Shown here piece by piece: positions 49,001 through 61,730 of a DNA stretch of 64,000 nucleotides (positions within the stretch are counted from its first letter, which is position 1; every line of letters starts with the position of its first letter). The translations under genes and the position numbers were made by a program. Origin of the DNA: Amoebophrya sp. A120 (taxonomy: Eukaryota > Protista > Dinoflagellata). The stretch is taken from NCBI GenBank assembly GCA_905178155.1, contig CAJINV010000007.1:876627-940626 (forward strand), in the 5' to 3' direction. Below the pieces are notes generated by a model that was not told the DNA's origin, did not search any database, and saw only the letters and a program-made list of their open reading frames with translations.

Positions 49001-52000
49001 ACTCCTCTACTCGGAGAAGCTTTAGCTACCCCTTCCTTTCGGCAGCTTCTGTAGTTCCGAGCAGGGATTTCCACCTCCGTCGTGAGACATCAACTTGGCC
49101 TCGACTGGCGCAGCAAGAGGATCAAAGCGGGCCTCGTGCGGGCGGTGGTTTTCGCGGGTTGCTCCCGCCCGGCAGTGGAAGTACAAGTACACGTCGTGGC
49201 GCTGATACTGAGCGAGAAAATATGAAGCAACTATACCAGGACAGTGCCGAGAAGATGTTCCTTCTCAGTACCATTTACGAGGATGGGCAAACAACGACTC
49301 CAGCAGCTACCTCCTCGGCGGCTACCACGCAAAGAACAAGTAGCAGAATTTCCGATAGGGCCGCGTGGGACCACTATATTCCAGAAAGAATAAGAAGCAA
49401 CGCAGGAGCTGCAACTGGAGGAACAACTGCACAAGTAGTAGTCGCACCTCCGCGCCGCCGCCGGAAAAATAAAGGTGAAAATAACCTGGATAACTACAAC
49501 CACGAGGAACTACAACGAGTAAAGAACGCGAGAAGTAGTTTCTTATCGAGAGAAGAAGTTTTACTAGGTCACGGTAGAAGTGGAGCTGCTTCAACTTCTC
49601 CCTTTATCGACCCCCGCTACACCGAGCCGCTCGCGAACCTCGAGTCTGTCACGGGCATCCAGAACCTTCGCCACCGCATGGCGCTCTATTTCCATGGCAC
49701 CAGTGGCGACGCGCTGACGACCATTTTCCTCGCGATTGTGCTCTTTTTCGCTTGGGGAGTTTCTGTTTTCGGTATGCGAAGAAAAAAGTGTTACAGTTAC
49801 GCATTGTGTTGCGAAACAAGCAAGACAGGCAACCGCTGTCATGCAGGAAATGCTTGCCAGCCTCATTTCATTCGTGTTGTCCCTTTTAGTCTGCGCGTCA
49901 CAGGTTTGCTTTGGCATGTCGAGCAACTTTGTGATGCCGAAACTCCAATAAATGTGTAACTGTAGCACTTCTTTCGTGGGATATTCGGGGGAAAAGCTCT
50001 ACCGGATGGGGTGTTGCGCCGGGAGTTAAGGTATGGATTGCAAAAATGTCTGGGTCTGGAAAGATGCTAGGTTTGTCATGCACATTTTGCATGACTCATG
50101 ATGCCTGTAATGCATGACCTAGCGGCACAGATTTTCAGAGGGCTTCCTAATGCATATTCCGCATTAGAAATGCCCTCCCCGCGTAGCACAAACTGGACTC
50201 CGCTTGCTGGTCATGCAATACAGCTTTTTTTACCATCCAAAGACAGCATCACAAGTTGCAACCTTCCAGACCCAGACACTTTTGCATTTGATATAAGGCA
50301 CATCGAACTGAAGAAAAAGATGGGCGCGACGGTGAGAAGGGAGATGAAAATGCTGAAAAATGTTGAAAATCAAAATGAAAATAAGAACACTGGAGGTGAA
50401 AGAAAGGCGAACGAAGGCGACTCGGATGAAACTACAACATCCGGAGTAGAAGTAGACTCTGCGTCAGAACAAGCAAGCACTCCGTTCTTGCTCAATAACC
50501 GCCACGTGTCCTCCGGCAGGAGTTTGGTGTCTGCTTTCTCAGGACGAGGAGCCTCCAGCAAAGATAATTTCTACCACTATCACACGTAGGGACGGAGAAA
50601 GTGCCAAAATTCAACCCCCCCGGTGTCTGGCTAAAGCCAGCGGCAACGCTGGCTAAAGCCAGAGAAGGGAGATTTTCTTCCGCATCGATAGCAACTTCTG
50701 AACAAGGAAAATTACCCTAACCGATGCGCCGCAAACGCCAACGAAAAGGTCCAAGAACATGGAGTGGGCGGTGGGTTTGCTGCATTTTCAGGCGCTGGAA
50801 TTTTGCGGACTGCTTGCGTTTCTTGTCGTCTCGACATTCGCCCGCACATAGTGGGCACTAGGTTGAGACCCCCTGGTGGGTGGCGGTTCGGCGCAAAGGC
50901 CCGAGCCAGTTTGCCCCATGCGCGCTTCGCTTTTTCCCGGAGCGCCCATCTCCGCTTTGGGTGTAGACAGTGTCACTTCGGGAAGCTAGCCCGGCGGGCC
51001 TGCTCCGAGCAAGACAGGCCCGGCTGTGGATTTTTCAGTCAAGATCCCCGATGGCGCGGTCGCCTCTTCAAACCGGGAGGGCCCGCCGGCGGGAGGCGGC
51101 CATGCCCTCTCGGCGTGCGCGCCCCCTCTAACAAACTGAGTGGGCCCGCCGGATGCAAAAGGTTCGCCCGCGCGCCGGGCCGGGCGTAGAGCGGGCGCGG
51201 CTGGGGGGCCAGAAGGTATGAAAGAATGATTGGGAGTCGTGTCGGAGTGGTCGTGGGCGAGGCGTAGAATGACGCCCCGCGTAGGCGGAGTTCGTGTTTT
51301 CTCACTTTTTTTCGCGCTTCCCCCGCCGCTAGGCGCAGCCGGTCCCGGGAGGCATGCCATTCGGTGCAGGCCACGCTTCCCCAGGGAGGGGCCCCTGCCA
51401 CAAGAGTGCTGGGTCTGATTTTTGGAGACGAACGCGAAAAAATTGCGCACCCGCCCCAAAGCCTTGGCGCTGCGCTTTTTTCTTCGGAGAAGAAGGGGCG
51501 GGAAGAACCTCGAGGCGCAAAGCATAGCACGTTTGCGGAGCACGCGCCCGGCTTTTTGAGGCCGCACAATGGCCGCCCGGCCCTCCTGTTGCCCCGGCTC
51601 CGCGTTTCCCGACACCCCCGGCCCCCCTTCTGTGCCCCTCCAAAAACGCAGCGCCAGGACAGCGAAGCCCGGCCCGGCCGGCCGGGCCGGTTTTCTTTAG
51701 TTTTTGTTTTTGCCTGTGCCCGCCTTGTGTTCCGTTCCCCCCCGCAAAATATGTGGCGCGGAGCCGCGCATCCTCCGACAAAAAAAAATTTAAGAACCGC
51801 CCAAAAAGAGCGCAGCGGCGATTCCCCAGAGAAATGCGCCGGTTGCGCGCAAGTGCTGTGTGTGTTTGCCTCCCCTTGGGAGTTTCGTGTCCTGTTTTAT
51901 TCGGTGCGGGCCGCTTGTGTTTTTTCCGCCTGGCCTTCCTTGCTGCAGCTTCCTTCTGACTGCGATTTTTGGTGGCGCCCCCTGCTTGTTGGCCCCCCCC

Positions 52001-55000
52001 GGGCACCTTGGAGTTTAACAGAAGCGCGCCGCTTACTTTGCAGCCGCGCGCCCGGCTTTTATCTGGCTCTGTGGGTTTACCGCGGCGGGCCGAAGCCCAT
52101 TTGTGGCCCTCGTTCTATTTTGTCGCTTATGGCCGCCCCCTTTGGCTCCTGCCCAGTTCCCAACTCTCCGCCCAACCTGCCCGTAGCGCCCGCGCTTGGG
52201 CCCCTGCTCCTTGGTTGCCTCGGCGCCGTTCTTGTTGGAATTCCAAAACCCGCGGGAAGGTTTCGGCGAAGCAGTTCTTGGTTTTTTTGCAAGCCCGCGA
52301 CGCTCTTGCTCGGCGAGCAGGCAGCGTTTTGCCTCTGCTTCGTTCTGTTTTCCGGCGGCACAGGCGCCCGACTCCTTCGGCCGAGCCCCGCCGGGAAGGG
52401 CAGTCGGCTCGCCGCGGGCGGCGGCCCCCGCCCTCGGCGCTTTGTCGAGAGAACTGCCTGCCGGCCGCGGCCGCGCCCCCCGTCCGTGGCCCTTGCCTCC
52501 TTGGTTCCGCCCCTGGAACAAAAGGTCGGAGCGCGCTGAGTCGGGTTCTTCGGTTGCGTGAGAGAGTGGCGGCGTTGCATGGGGCGGTGGGCCTCCTACG
52601 CCATAGATGGGCTCGGGCCTTCAGGAGGTCGCCCTGCTGCACCCGCACCCATTGGTGCATCCACCCGAGGACAGCTTCGCTCGGGCGCCAGCTTGTTTGT
52701 GGCCGCCGGCCCCACCTCCGTCCCCTGTCAGATTTGCGCTGAACTTTTATACCTCCGGGCTCGGTCCCCCTTCCCCTGGCTTCTGGCTTTTAGCCCCCGG
52801 GGCGACTCCGGAAGCGGTCTGGGGCTCCGGAATCAATCTGGGGGCTAAAAGCCAGCCCTGGGGAGTTGGAAGCGCGGCCGCGGGGCGGGGGTGGTTGTCC
52901 GTCGGGCCGCGGGTTGTCGCGCCCCCTGTCTTGTGGTTGCCGGCCCACGCGCGGCGCGCCGCCCGCGCCGCTCCGGGGAAAGGCTGGGCGGCAGGGCGTA
53001 GTGGGTCTCGTGTGGTTTCCTCCCGGGTTGCCGCGCCCAAGCGGGGCAACGGGCAGGGCAAAACCGTGGCACCGGCCGGGGAAACCGGGGCTCGCCCGCG
53101 CGCTCCCCCGCGTCCTTTTTCTTTTGGCTTGGCGGCACAGGATGCCCAAGAAGTGGTCTAGTGCGCCGCGCGCCCCACAGGGTGCGTGGCATATGAATGG
53201 GAGCAGCAGCGATCTTGCATGTGGTTCGTCTTTTCTTTTTCAGCAACCCCCCCGCCCCGCGCGCGTAGCTGCCTAGAGGCTGCTGGCCCACCCGTCTTCC
53301 GGGCGGGCGGCGGCGTGGCGCTGGGAGTCTTCGAGGGGCCGGGGTGGCTCGTTCGGTCGCGCGGCTTTGGCGGCACCATCGGGCGGCCCGGACATCCCTG
53401 GCGCGTATTTGATGGGCCGCGTCGAAGGTGGCCGCCCGCCCGTGTTCCATTCCTGTGCGCCCCGTTTTTGTTTGCCGCGCCCGCCCTTCGCCCCCCTTGT
53501 GTTTAATTTCACCGACCCCGCCCCGCCGCCTGTTCCGAGGCCCCACTCTCCAACTTCTTGGCCCCGCCCTGCGCGCTCCGTTGAGGCGCGCGCCCGTGCT
53601 TTTTCGTGCCCCAACTCCCGGCAGAGCTATTTCGCCGGAGGAAGGGCGGCGCGCTTCGCTTTTTTTTTTTCGCCGAGGGGGGGGGGCGCGCTCCGCCGAA
53701 CAACCAAGAAGCCCGCCGGCGGCGCACGTAGGGCCGGCGGCGCACGGAGGGCCGCCGGCGCGGCGGGCGCGCGCGTGTGTTTGCGCGGGGGATGGGGGGG
53801 CGGTGGCGTAGGCCCGGCTCGCCTCCGCCCCTATCTTCAGCGGGGTTTGTTGCTGACTCGCTGGGATTGTGTTGTGCGCGCGGCAGCCTGCGCCCCCACC
53901 CTTGCCTGTTTCCTAACTCTGTTTTTTTTGCCCGGGCAGGCCCAAGGGAAAAAGCGAACGGCGGAGCCAGCACGCAAACAAGAAGGGCAGCGGACAAACA
54001 TAGGAAAGGCGGGGGGCTTGTCTGGTTTCCCCGCCTCCCTTTTCCCGGGGCGGGTCAATCTGTGTGTGGGGGTCGCAAAACCGGGCGACAAAAAATTGCA
54101 AAGGGCTGCAACGAGGCCCGGCAGAGAAACTAGCCGCGCCCTGCAGGGATATGGCCAAGCCCCCCAGGGGGCGCAATCGCGCCCGCGATGTGCGCGCGAC
54201 GCGATTCCCTCGCATTGTTTTGGAGCGGGCCCACTGCTTTGTTGTGGGTTTGTGGATATTGCGTGGCAAGATTGGCGCCCCCGCGACGCACTTTGTATGA
54301 AAAAGGAGAGAAGGCAGGGGCGCCGGCAGAAGTCAACACGCGGGAGCGCCTTGGCCAGGCTTGACAGCGCCGGCGATGTAATCCCGGGAAAAAGCGGAAA
54401 GGGGCAGGGGGGATTGGGGTGGGATATCGGGACTGCAGGGCGCGCGGGGCCCCATGGTGTGGCCTCCGTGAAAAGATGGGCGCGCCTTCTGTGGGCTTGC
54501 CGCGTTGGCTTGCGTGCGCAAATTTTTTTCGATTTTTTTGCAGAAGAGAAAAACCGGCAGCGCCCAATCGTCGGACCGGTTGCGCAATTTACGCAAACTA
54601 TTTCCCAGCGGGGCTCGATGCCGTTGGTGCCCTTTGGGGTTTTTTGGTATCAAGTTCGCCCATTCCCTTTTCGCGATTGCGTGCGGCCGTCTGCGGGGGC
54701 GCGCCCCATTTCCGCTGGGGCCCACGCGTTCAATTGTGGTCCGGCGAACTGCCGCCCCAATAGAAAAGCCACAAAGCTTCGGTGCGCCGCGTCTGTTTCG
54801 CGCGGGATCCTGTGATGGAGAAAATCACAGAGCGTCGCTTCGGACGGCTCTGTGACCACAAAAATTTTTCATCGGACAGGCCTTGCGATTATCAAAAAGC
54901 ATCCGGCCACTTGTGGTGGTGTTCTGGCTTTAGCCAGCGTCCTTGCTGGCTTTAGCCAGCATCCTCGCTGGCTTTAGCCAGAGGCCGGGGGGGTTGAATT

Positions 55001-58000
55001 TTGTCGATTCTCCCTTCATAATCACACGACGACGTCGACCTCCACTGCGACCCCCGGAGAGTACGGCGGACGACCTACTCCTACTACATCAGGTTCTAGA
55101 ACAAGAACTTCTCGCAGTGGCACTGCTCTCACTCCCACCTGGGGGAGTAGAAACAGCATCCGCAAAGCGCATTTACAACCGAACCTGCGACGGTTGGTCC
55201 CCGCCTCCGAGGGTGAAAAACAAGATCAGTCGCCCAGCAGCGTGGCCACATCATCTGCAGATTTCACGTACGCTTCTGGGATAGAGGAGGACGAAGATCA
55301 TGATGAAACTTCCAGCACCACCACTGGCTCAATGTCACAATTCCCAACCAGTGGCGAACCCGAAATCGCTTTGAGGCGCTGGAAAATCAAGACAGCCTCA
55401 GCTTCCTTGGATGGAGATGATAAAGTGCATCAAGACGGTACTAGTGGGATAACAGCTGAAAGAGACTATGACAAGCTAAACGGCAAAAAGCAGGAGTCAG
55501 ATTCAAATACTAATCCCGTCTCCGAAGCGAGCTACTCCGCGGAAAAGTTTTCCCATTTTGTCGTAGAAACCGGAATGGATTTCTTCATGAGCTGTGTTTG
55601 CGGATTATGCAATACAAACTTTCCGTAGCCCCCGTACATGTACAAAATGCATGACAAATTTCGCTAACTAGTTGCAGTGTCCAACCTCTCTTTGTCATGC
55701 TAAACTAGGATCGAAACCCAGTTTTGTCATGCAGCGACTGCATTTGTACGTGTGCGGGAAATTTACCGTGGATACGGATGTTTGAATTGCGGCGACCTGA
55801 AAACCTCCATGGCCTTCGGAAATTTTCAAGAAGCCGGAACCAGGTTAACCTTTGGCGACGCGGTCATCGGCATGATGCTGGCGCCCAGTAGCCACGAGAA
55901 CGACCCGATCTATCAAGCTAGTCGGAGAGATACAAAGCAGTTGGACGATCATGATCTCTTTCACGACAGGAAGTCGATATCAAAAACAACTACCGGTGGT
56001 CGCTCCCTCGTAGGCGCGCCAATCTTGGCGAAGATTAGACAGGACCAAGCTGCCTTGGAGGAATACAAACACGAGCCGGAACAAGTCATTTTCAACAGCA
56101 CCTCCGCCTCCGCTCGGGGTGACAGAATCGAGAATGGTAACAGCGAGGATCATGATGTTGATCAAGAAGAACTACAACAAGCAGCGGGTCGTGGCTCTTC
56201 AGCACGTATCCAACAACTAGTCCAAGACCCAGCCATCTACCTATCAAAATGAAAAATCCCCCCTCCCCATATCAAAACGAAGTTTCTGATGCTGGATTTG
56301 CGTACACAAATCAGTTTTGTCTTGCTAGCGAGGACTGCAGGCCCATAGCAAGCCTGAGTAGACAGGTTTTGGCCTAGGCGCTTAGCATGGCAGACGTCTA
56401 TGCTGCAGGGGCAACAGCATGACAGACCGCCTGTAGAATGTGGCGGAGCCTGTGGAGTTGCCTTCATGCAACACAGAGACGATTTGGGGTCACAAATCAG
56501 CAACACAAATTTCCAAAAACGTACCTGGTCAATATGGGGAGGGGGGATCTTTCCTCACAATACTACCTCTTCAGTGGCCAGAGCGAGCACGCGAGCACAA
56601 AAATGACCCCGAAGCAACAGGAGTACTACAAACATCTCTGGCAGTTTCTTGATGCCCACCAACAATACGCCTATAACGTGTACGGACCGACCGGCGCACT
56701 CGGATCCCAGTTAGGGGCCTGGCCGTCCTGGGGCTGCAGCGACTGTTTGCAGTTCTTTTGCACCTATACCTGCTTTGCGTGTTGCTTCCCGAAAGCGTAC
56801 ACGTACTCGAGGAGCACGGTGCAAACTTTGTGTTCTTGCTGTTTGCGGAACTACAAGCGGGCAGGTAGAACAAAAAAGGAGAATGCGGAAGATCAAACCA
56901 TCATCCACAACGACACGTGCTGCGGGGGAAACGCTTTACTTTGGACCGAGGCGAGACAAGCGCGGGATGTGCACGGAGCACAGAAGAACATGTCGTACGA
57001 CGCGCCGTCGGCCCGGGTCGCGGCGTTCTGTCGACGGCGGAAGCGGGGGGAGGAAATTGAAACTCCGGATTCACATAGTACTTCTAAAAAAATCCCCGAC
57101 TTCGACCTGATCTACGCTGATTTCGATAATTCTGGGTACAAGAAACCGGTGGCCGTGATCTGCGACCATCACGAGAAAACGTTCGTGATCGCATATCAAA
57201 TGCAAATAGGTCTGGGTCTGGAAAGTTGTGATGCAAGTCACTGAATAATAAGCACACTGTAATGCGCCGCCAAGCATGACAAGTTTTTTCATGGTTCTGT
57301 GTTGCGTATATTTCCGCATGAGAAGCTGCGCGCTTGCATGACAATCAAGAGGACCTCTTGATGGTTGCCACGCAATACAGATTCCAGAGTCATGCCAGAC
57401 TAGCATGACAAGTCTCGCAATTATCTCCCAGACCCAGACATGTTTGCAATCCATATCGCAATTCGCGGGACAATGTCCGGTGCGGACGTCGTCACAGATA
57501 TCGACGTGGAATTTGACTTGATCGACGAACTATCCTGTGCAAAAGTATCGTGCTCGTAGTAATTGCGTTTATGCATTACAAATCTCTTTCTCAAGGTCAA
57601 TTATCAGCATTACAAATTTAATTTGTAATGCTGCGCTAATTTGTAATGCAATTTCTATACTAGTAGTAGTACGATGCTTTTGCATTGCATACGAACAAAC
57701 CGACCCGACGACCGAGTATTTCCACGGGGGCTGCTTGCAGGCCGCAAACGCGGTTTTTGATGGTCTAATGGAGAACGGGGTGCTGCCGAGTGTGTATACT
57801 AACAAGAGGAATGATCCGCAGAAGAAGAATGATGATGGAACGAATCAAGAAACTCAGACCGACGACGACTTTTCCGATTCCGATTCCGCAACACAAAGTG
57901 GCACAGCTAGAAGTACTACATCTCGTTTGAAGAAGCGCAACTGGGTATTTGATTTCGACATGATTAACGGCTTCGTGAAAGTTACGGATAAAGAACGAAA

Positions 58001-61000
58001 GCACTTGACCTCTGATGGCGACAAGCATTACAGAATCGTTCTTTATGGAAGCCTCAGAATGGAAATCCTCAGAGTGGAAATGATTTGCGATGCATGAAAT
58101 GCGACACCAAAAAGACTGTATTGCAGAGAACGCAATGGACTCCGACTATTGTGCTTCTACGGGTTCAGAATTGGGCTGTTGATTAGCACGAGAGACGGGC
58201 ACCCCTTTGCCTAACTAGCATGACAGACACGTTTTGAGTGCCCGGGAAATTTGTCATGCGCCGACTAGAAATGGTGCTTCGACTGGAGTCGTTTTTTTGC
58301 ATCACAAATTATTTCCACTTTGAGGATTTCCATTCTGAGGCTGTCATATGAACGTCGGCCACAGTCTCGGGTCCGGGGTGGCGACCTGTCTCTCCTTATC
58401 AAATGTAAAAATGTCTGGGTCTGGAAGAATGGAAGGCTTGTCATGCTTGTCTGGCATGACCCATGATGCTTGTATTGCATGACCCAGCATCACAGATTTT
58501 TGGAAAGCTTCCTGATGCCATTTCCGCATGACAAATGCCCTCCTCGCGTAGCACAAATGTGGCTCCTCTTGCTGGTCATGCAATACACATTTTTTTAGAG
58601 TCCAAAGTTAGCATCACAAGTTCCAACTTTCCAGACCCAGACATTTTTACATTTGATACTCCTTTCTGATGCGCAGGCGCTATTACGAGAAGATGCGGGG
58701 GTTGAGGCTGGGTGGAGCAGAAGCTGTTAATATTTCTGGTGCGACGTCAAAATCTTCAAATGGACGACGAGCGGGTGTTGGACGATTTGTGGAAAAAAGA
58801 ACTATTTCTTCCCGCGAAACTGCCAATTCTTTCTCCTCCGAACGCTCCAGGCTCGCAGCGGAGTTGGCGAAAAAACGGGCCCAAAGGCTGGCGGCGCACA
58901 ACTATGCAAGAAATGGTGCTGGTGGTTCATCAAGATCTATTTCGAAGGGAAGAGACAGGGCCGAGGCAGTTCGAGGAAAGAACCTCAATCCGGAAGGCGG
59001 GAGCAGCAGCGGCCTTGTGAACGAAGACGGTCCTCTTGTTTCGACCAATTTTGAAATAGACGAAGAAGAAGTAGATTCTGTCGTGCCGCCCCTCCTCTCT
59101 ATTCATGCCGATCGTGCCCCGGATCCGGTGGCTCTAGGACATCAGCCCCTCACCCCCTCAACCGTGGCCCCCCGTTCTCCCGCGCACCACAGCTCTCCCG
59201 TCGTGGTCGCTAGTATTGATTTTCCGGCGGGCAGCGTACCTACGCCTACCAGTGAAGAGCGCGATTTGACAACTACTAGGATAGATAGCCGCGCACGCGC
59301 AGCAGTACCAACTCTGTCCGGGGGGACTTTCACGCTGAACACTTTCAGTCCCGAAGGAGAATCAGACGCACCCTATCTACCATCCGGTACTTCAGTAGGT
59401 CAGGACGAAACAAGCCAGGATCAGAAATCATTATCCCCATTGTTCCTCCAATCCCAGGCCAACCGGTTAAAATTGCAACGACAGCTGTCGGAGAGAGCTC
59501 TCCTGAGCCCGAAGTCACAATCTTCAGAACAAAACCAACCAACCACGACCCCGACTTCCATCTACTACGACACAATAGAGGAACACCAACCAATCCACAA
59601 ACCAGAGCCCGGCGGCATTTCCGCATCGGTCTACACGAAGCGCATGATGAAGCACTCGCAGATATGCTGAGCAAAAACGTCCCCACCCCGTAGTCAAGTT
59701 GGTAAATCTGCAACACAAAACTCCAACCTTTGGGAGGTATGCATGACAAGTTTCCATCTGCAGTGTAGTTCTGGTTTTTAGCAAGGACAGCCGCATCACA
59801 AAGATGCCTGCTTATGCTGTTTACCGCATTACAAATCCCAGAAAACGACTACAAATCCCTCTCATTCGGATGCGCATTACAGATCTTTCTGTAGATGCAA
59901 ATCTGCATAACAACTCTGGGGTGGGGATGTTTTTACATGGGATAGCAGACCTTGCTCCTCGGCCCGATGTCGGCGACGCTCTCGCCGAAATTAGCGGAGC
60001 TGTCCCGGGATTGGTGTTTAACCGTGGTGAACCACACCGACATCGTGCCGAGACTGCATGTTCAATCGCTGCTGAAAATCGGAGACCGGTTGACGAAAAC
60101 ATTGTGGAATTTCGGCGATAAAGTCACGAAGTTTCAGGTGATGCTCATTGATTCCTGGATCCGGAATAACAGGGACTCGAGACTACTCTGGTTCATCTCC
60201 CCGAGCACGAAGAAAATAGTGGACAAAATCCGGGGGTTAGAGTCGGGGAAACAAGTGAATTTCGATTTTTTACCGTCGCAGGAACTTTACAAAAAGAATC
60301 TGATCCGAACGTTCGCGGAGATGGAAATGGAGAAACGGATTGGGAAAATGAATCGTTCTGTTGTACCTGCTACTTCTGCCGCGCGGAACAAGAACAGAAG
60401 TTACTCTTCATGCTGTAGCTGCTTGTTCTGTGGGAGGACACCTGACGAGCACACGGACACCGTCGATTATCCTGCGGACAGTGATGTTTACCGAAAGCCG
60501 ATTGATTTCTTGATGTACGATTCCGAGACCGTTTCCTTTTCCAACCTGGCCCAAAGGATGCGGGTGGATTGCGCCACTCCCGGACAAGTGTTGCTCATCA
60601 CGCCGAGCTACGACGTTTCTGGGGCGGGATTGTACTACGCGCCGGAGGAAGTAGGGGAAGAGGAAGATCAAGATGATCAACAAGAACCTCTGGACATCAA
60701 CACGAAAAACAAACAGAAACGACCCATGAAAATCCCCTACCGCAAGCCGGGACTCGGGCCCCGCGCCTGGATAAAAACCGACGCGGATAAAATGCACAGG
60801 AAGTGCTGTTCTGGTGGTGGAGACAGAGATAAAAATGATTACGCCGAAGGCGGTGGCGAGATCGGGTACTACGCTGAAAATTATGACGTCGTCTGGTTTA
60901 CCAACATGGCTCTGGCTACCGGAAGTATTGCAGCAACAAGGAACAACTACAACAGTGGTCTGGGTCTGAGTATGAACTCACACCCGCAGACCCAGTCAAT

Positions 61001-61730
61001 GCGATCCTTGGCCCGCGTCGGAAACAGTACGCCCAGAGATAGAGATTTCTTCCACACAACAAGCAATAGAAATTTTTCTCTTCGCGGACAACATCACGAC
61101 TTCTACAACAAGGAAGGAGCAACATCTTCTACACCCGCCACGGGAAAAAGTTTACTCCAGCAGAAACTCTGCCAGTTTTTCGGGGAGATAATAACCACCC
61201 GGGAGGTATCCTGTGCAAAAGTATCGTACTCGTAGTACTTAATTGCATTTATGCATTACAAATCTTTTTCTCAAGGTAAATCAGCATTACAAATTCAATT
61301 TGTAATGCTGGAGGAATTTGCAATGCAATTTATACTAGTACGATGCTTTTGCATTGCATAGGAGGCGCTCTTAGATCATCTACCCGGTCGGCAACAGGTC
61401 ATCATTGCCGCGACGATTGAAAAGGAATTACCGAGACACATTGGAGAGATATTACAGATTGAAAATGATGGAATAAAGCACAAGCAGGAGAAGATCATTA
61501 CCGGGCTAGAACACGAACATTACCAGGGTCCTCGTTGTGAAGGGGAGCAGGCTGCTAAGTTGTACACCGAAGGAGAAGAAGAAAATTTCCCGCGGTCGAG
61601 CGGCTTTCACCACGACTCGACGTCTGCAGCAACTCCATCTCGGGTGGTCGCAAGTAGCCCAGCGAGTGGGCCGCGGAGCACAAGTAGGCGGAAAAGACAC
61701 ATTCCCACAAACTTTGTCAATCGCTATTAG
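46045..61730 (+). CDS. Diacylglycerol-lipase-like protein (lipase class 3, N-terminal membrane segments); 16 introners plus a 4.4-kb insertion
   Basis: N-terminus MPGIVCRP...RRRYNLAADE resembles DAGL (MPGIV..RRRW..SDD). Spliced motifs: YAYNVYGP, TFVIAIRGTMSGADVVTD, FHGGCLQAA, YRIVLVGHSLGSGVA (catalytic Ser), VVNHTDIVPRL (Asp), FGEIITTREALLDHLP (His). Stop TAG at 61728-61730. Confidence 0.88.
50587..55020. mobile_element. 4.4-kb non-autonomous hAT-like TIR element with 8-bp TSD, inserted in a lipase exon
   Basis: TSD atcacacg at 50579-50586 and 55021-55028. Ends tagggacggagaaagtgccaaaattcaacccccccgg / ccgggggggttgaattttgtcgattctcccttcata. Subterminal ctggctaaagccag repeats (2 left, 3 inverted right). 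GC-rich interior with no recognisable transposase. Confidence 0.88.

Noticed and set aside
50764-54859. Many long overlapping ORFs (up to 482 aa) as a transposase
   Set aside because: R/G/P/A-rich on both strands, with no DDE or hAT motifs; expected from stop-poor GC-rich DNA.
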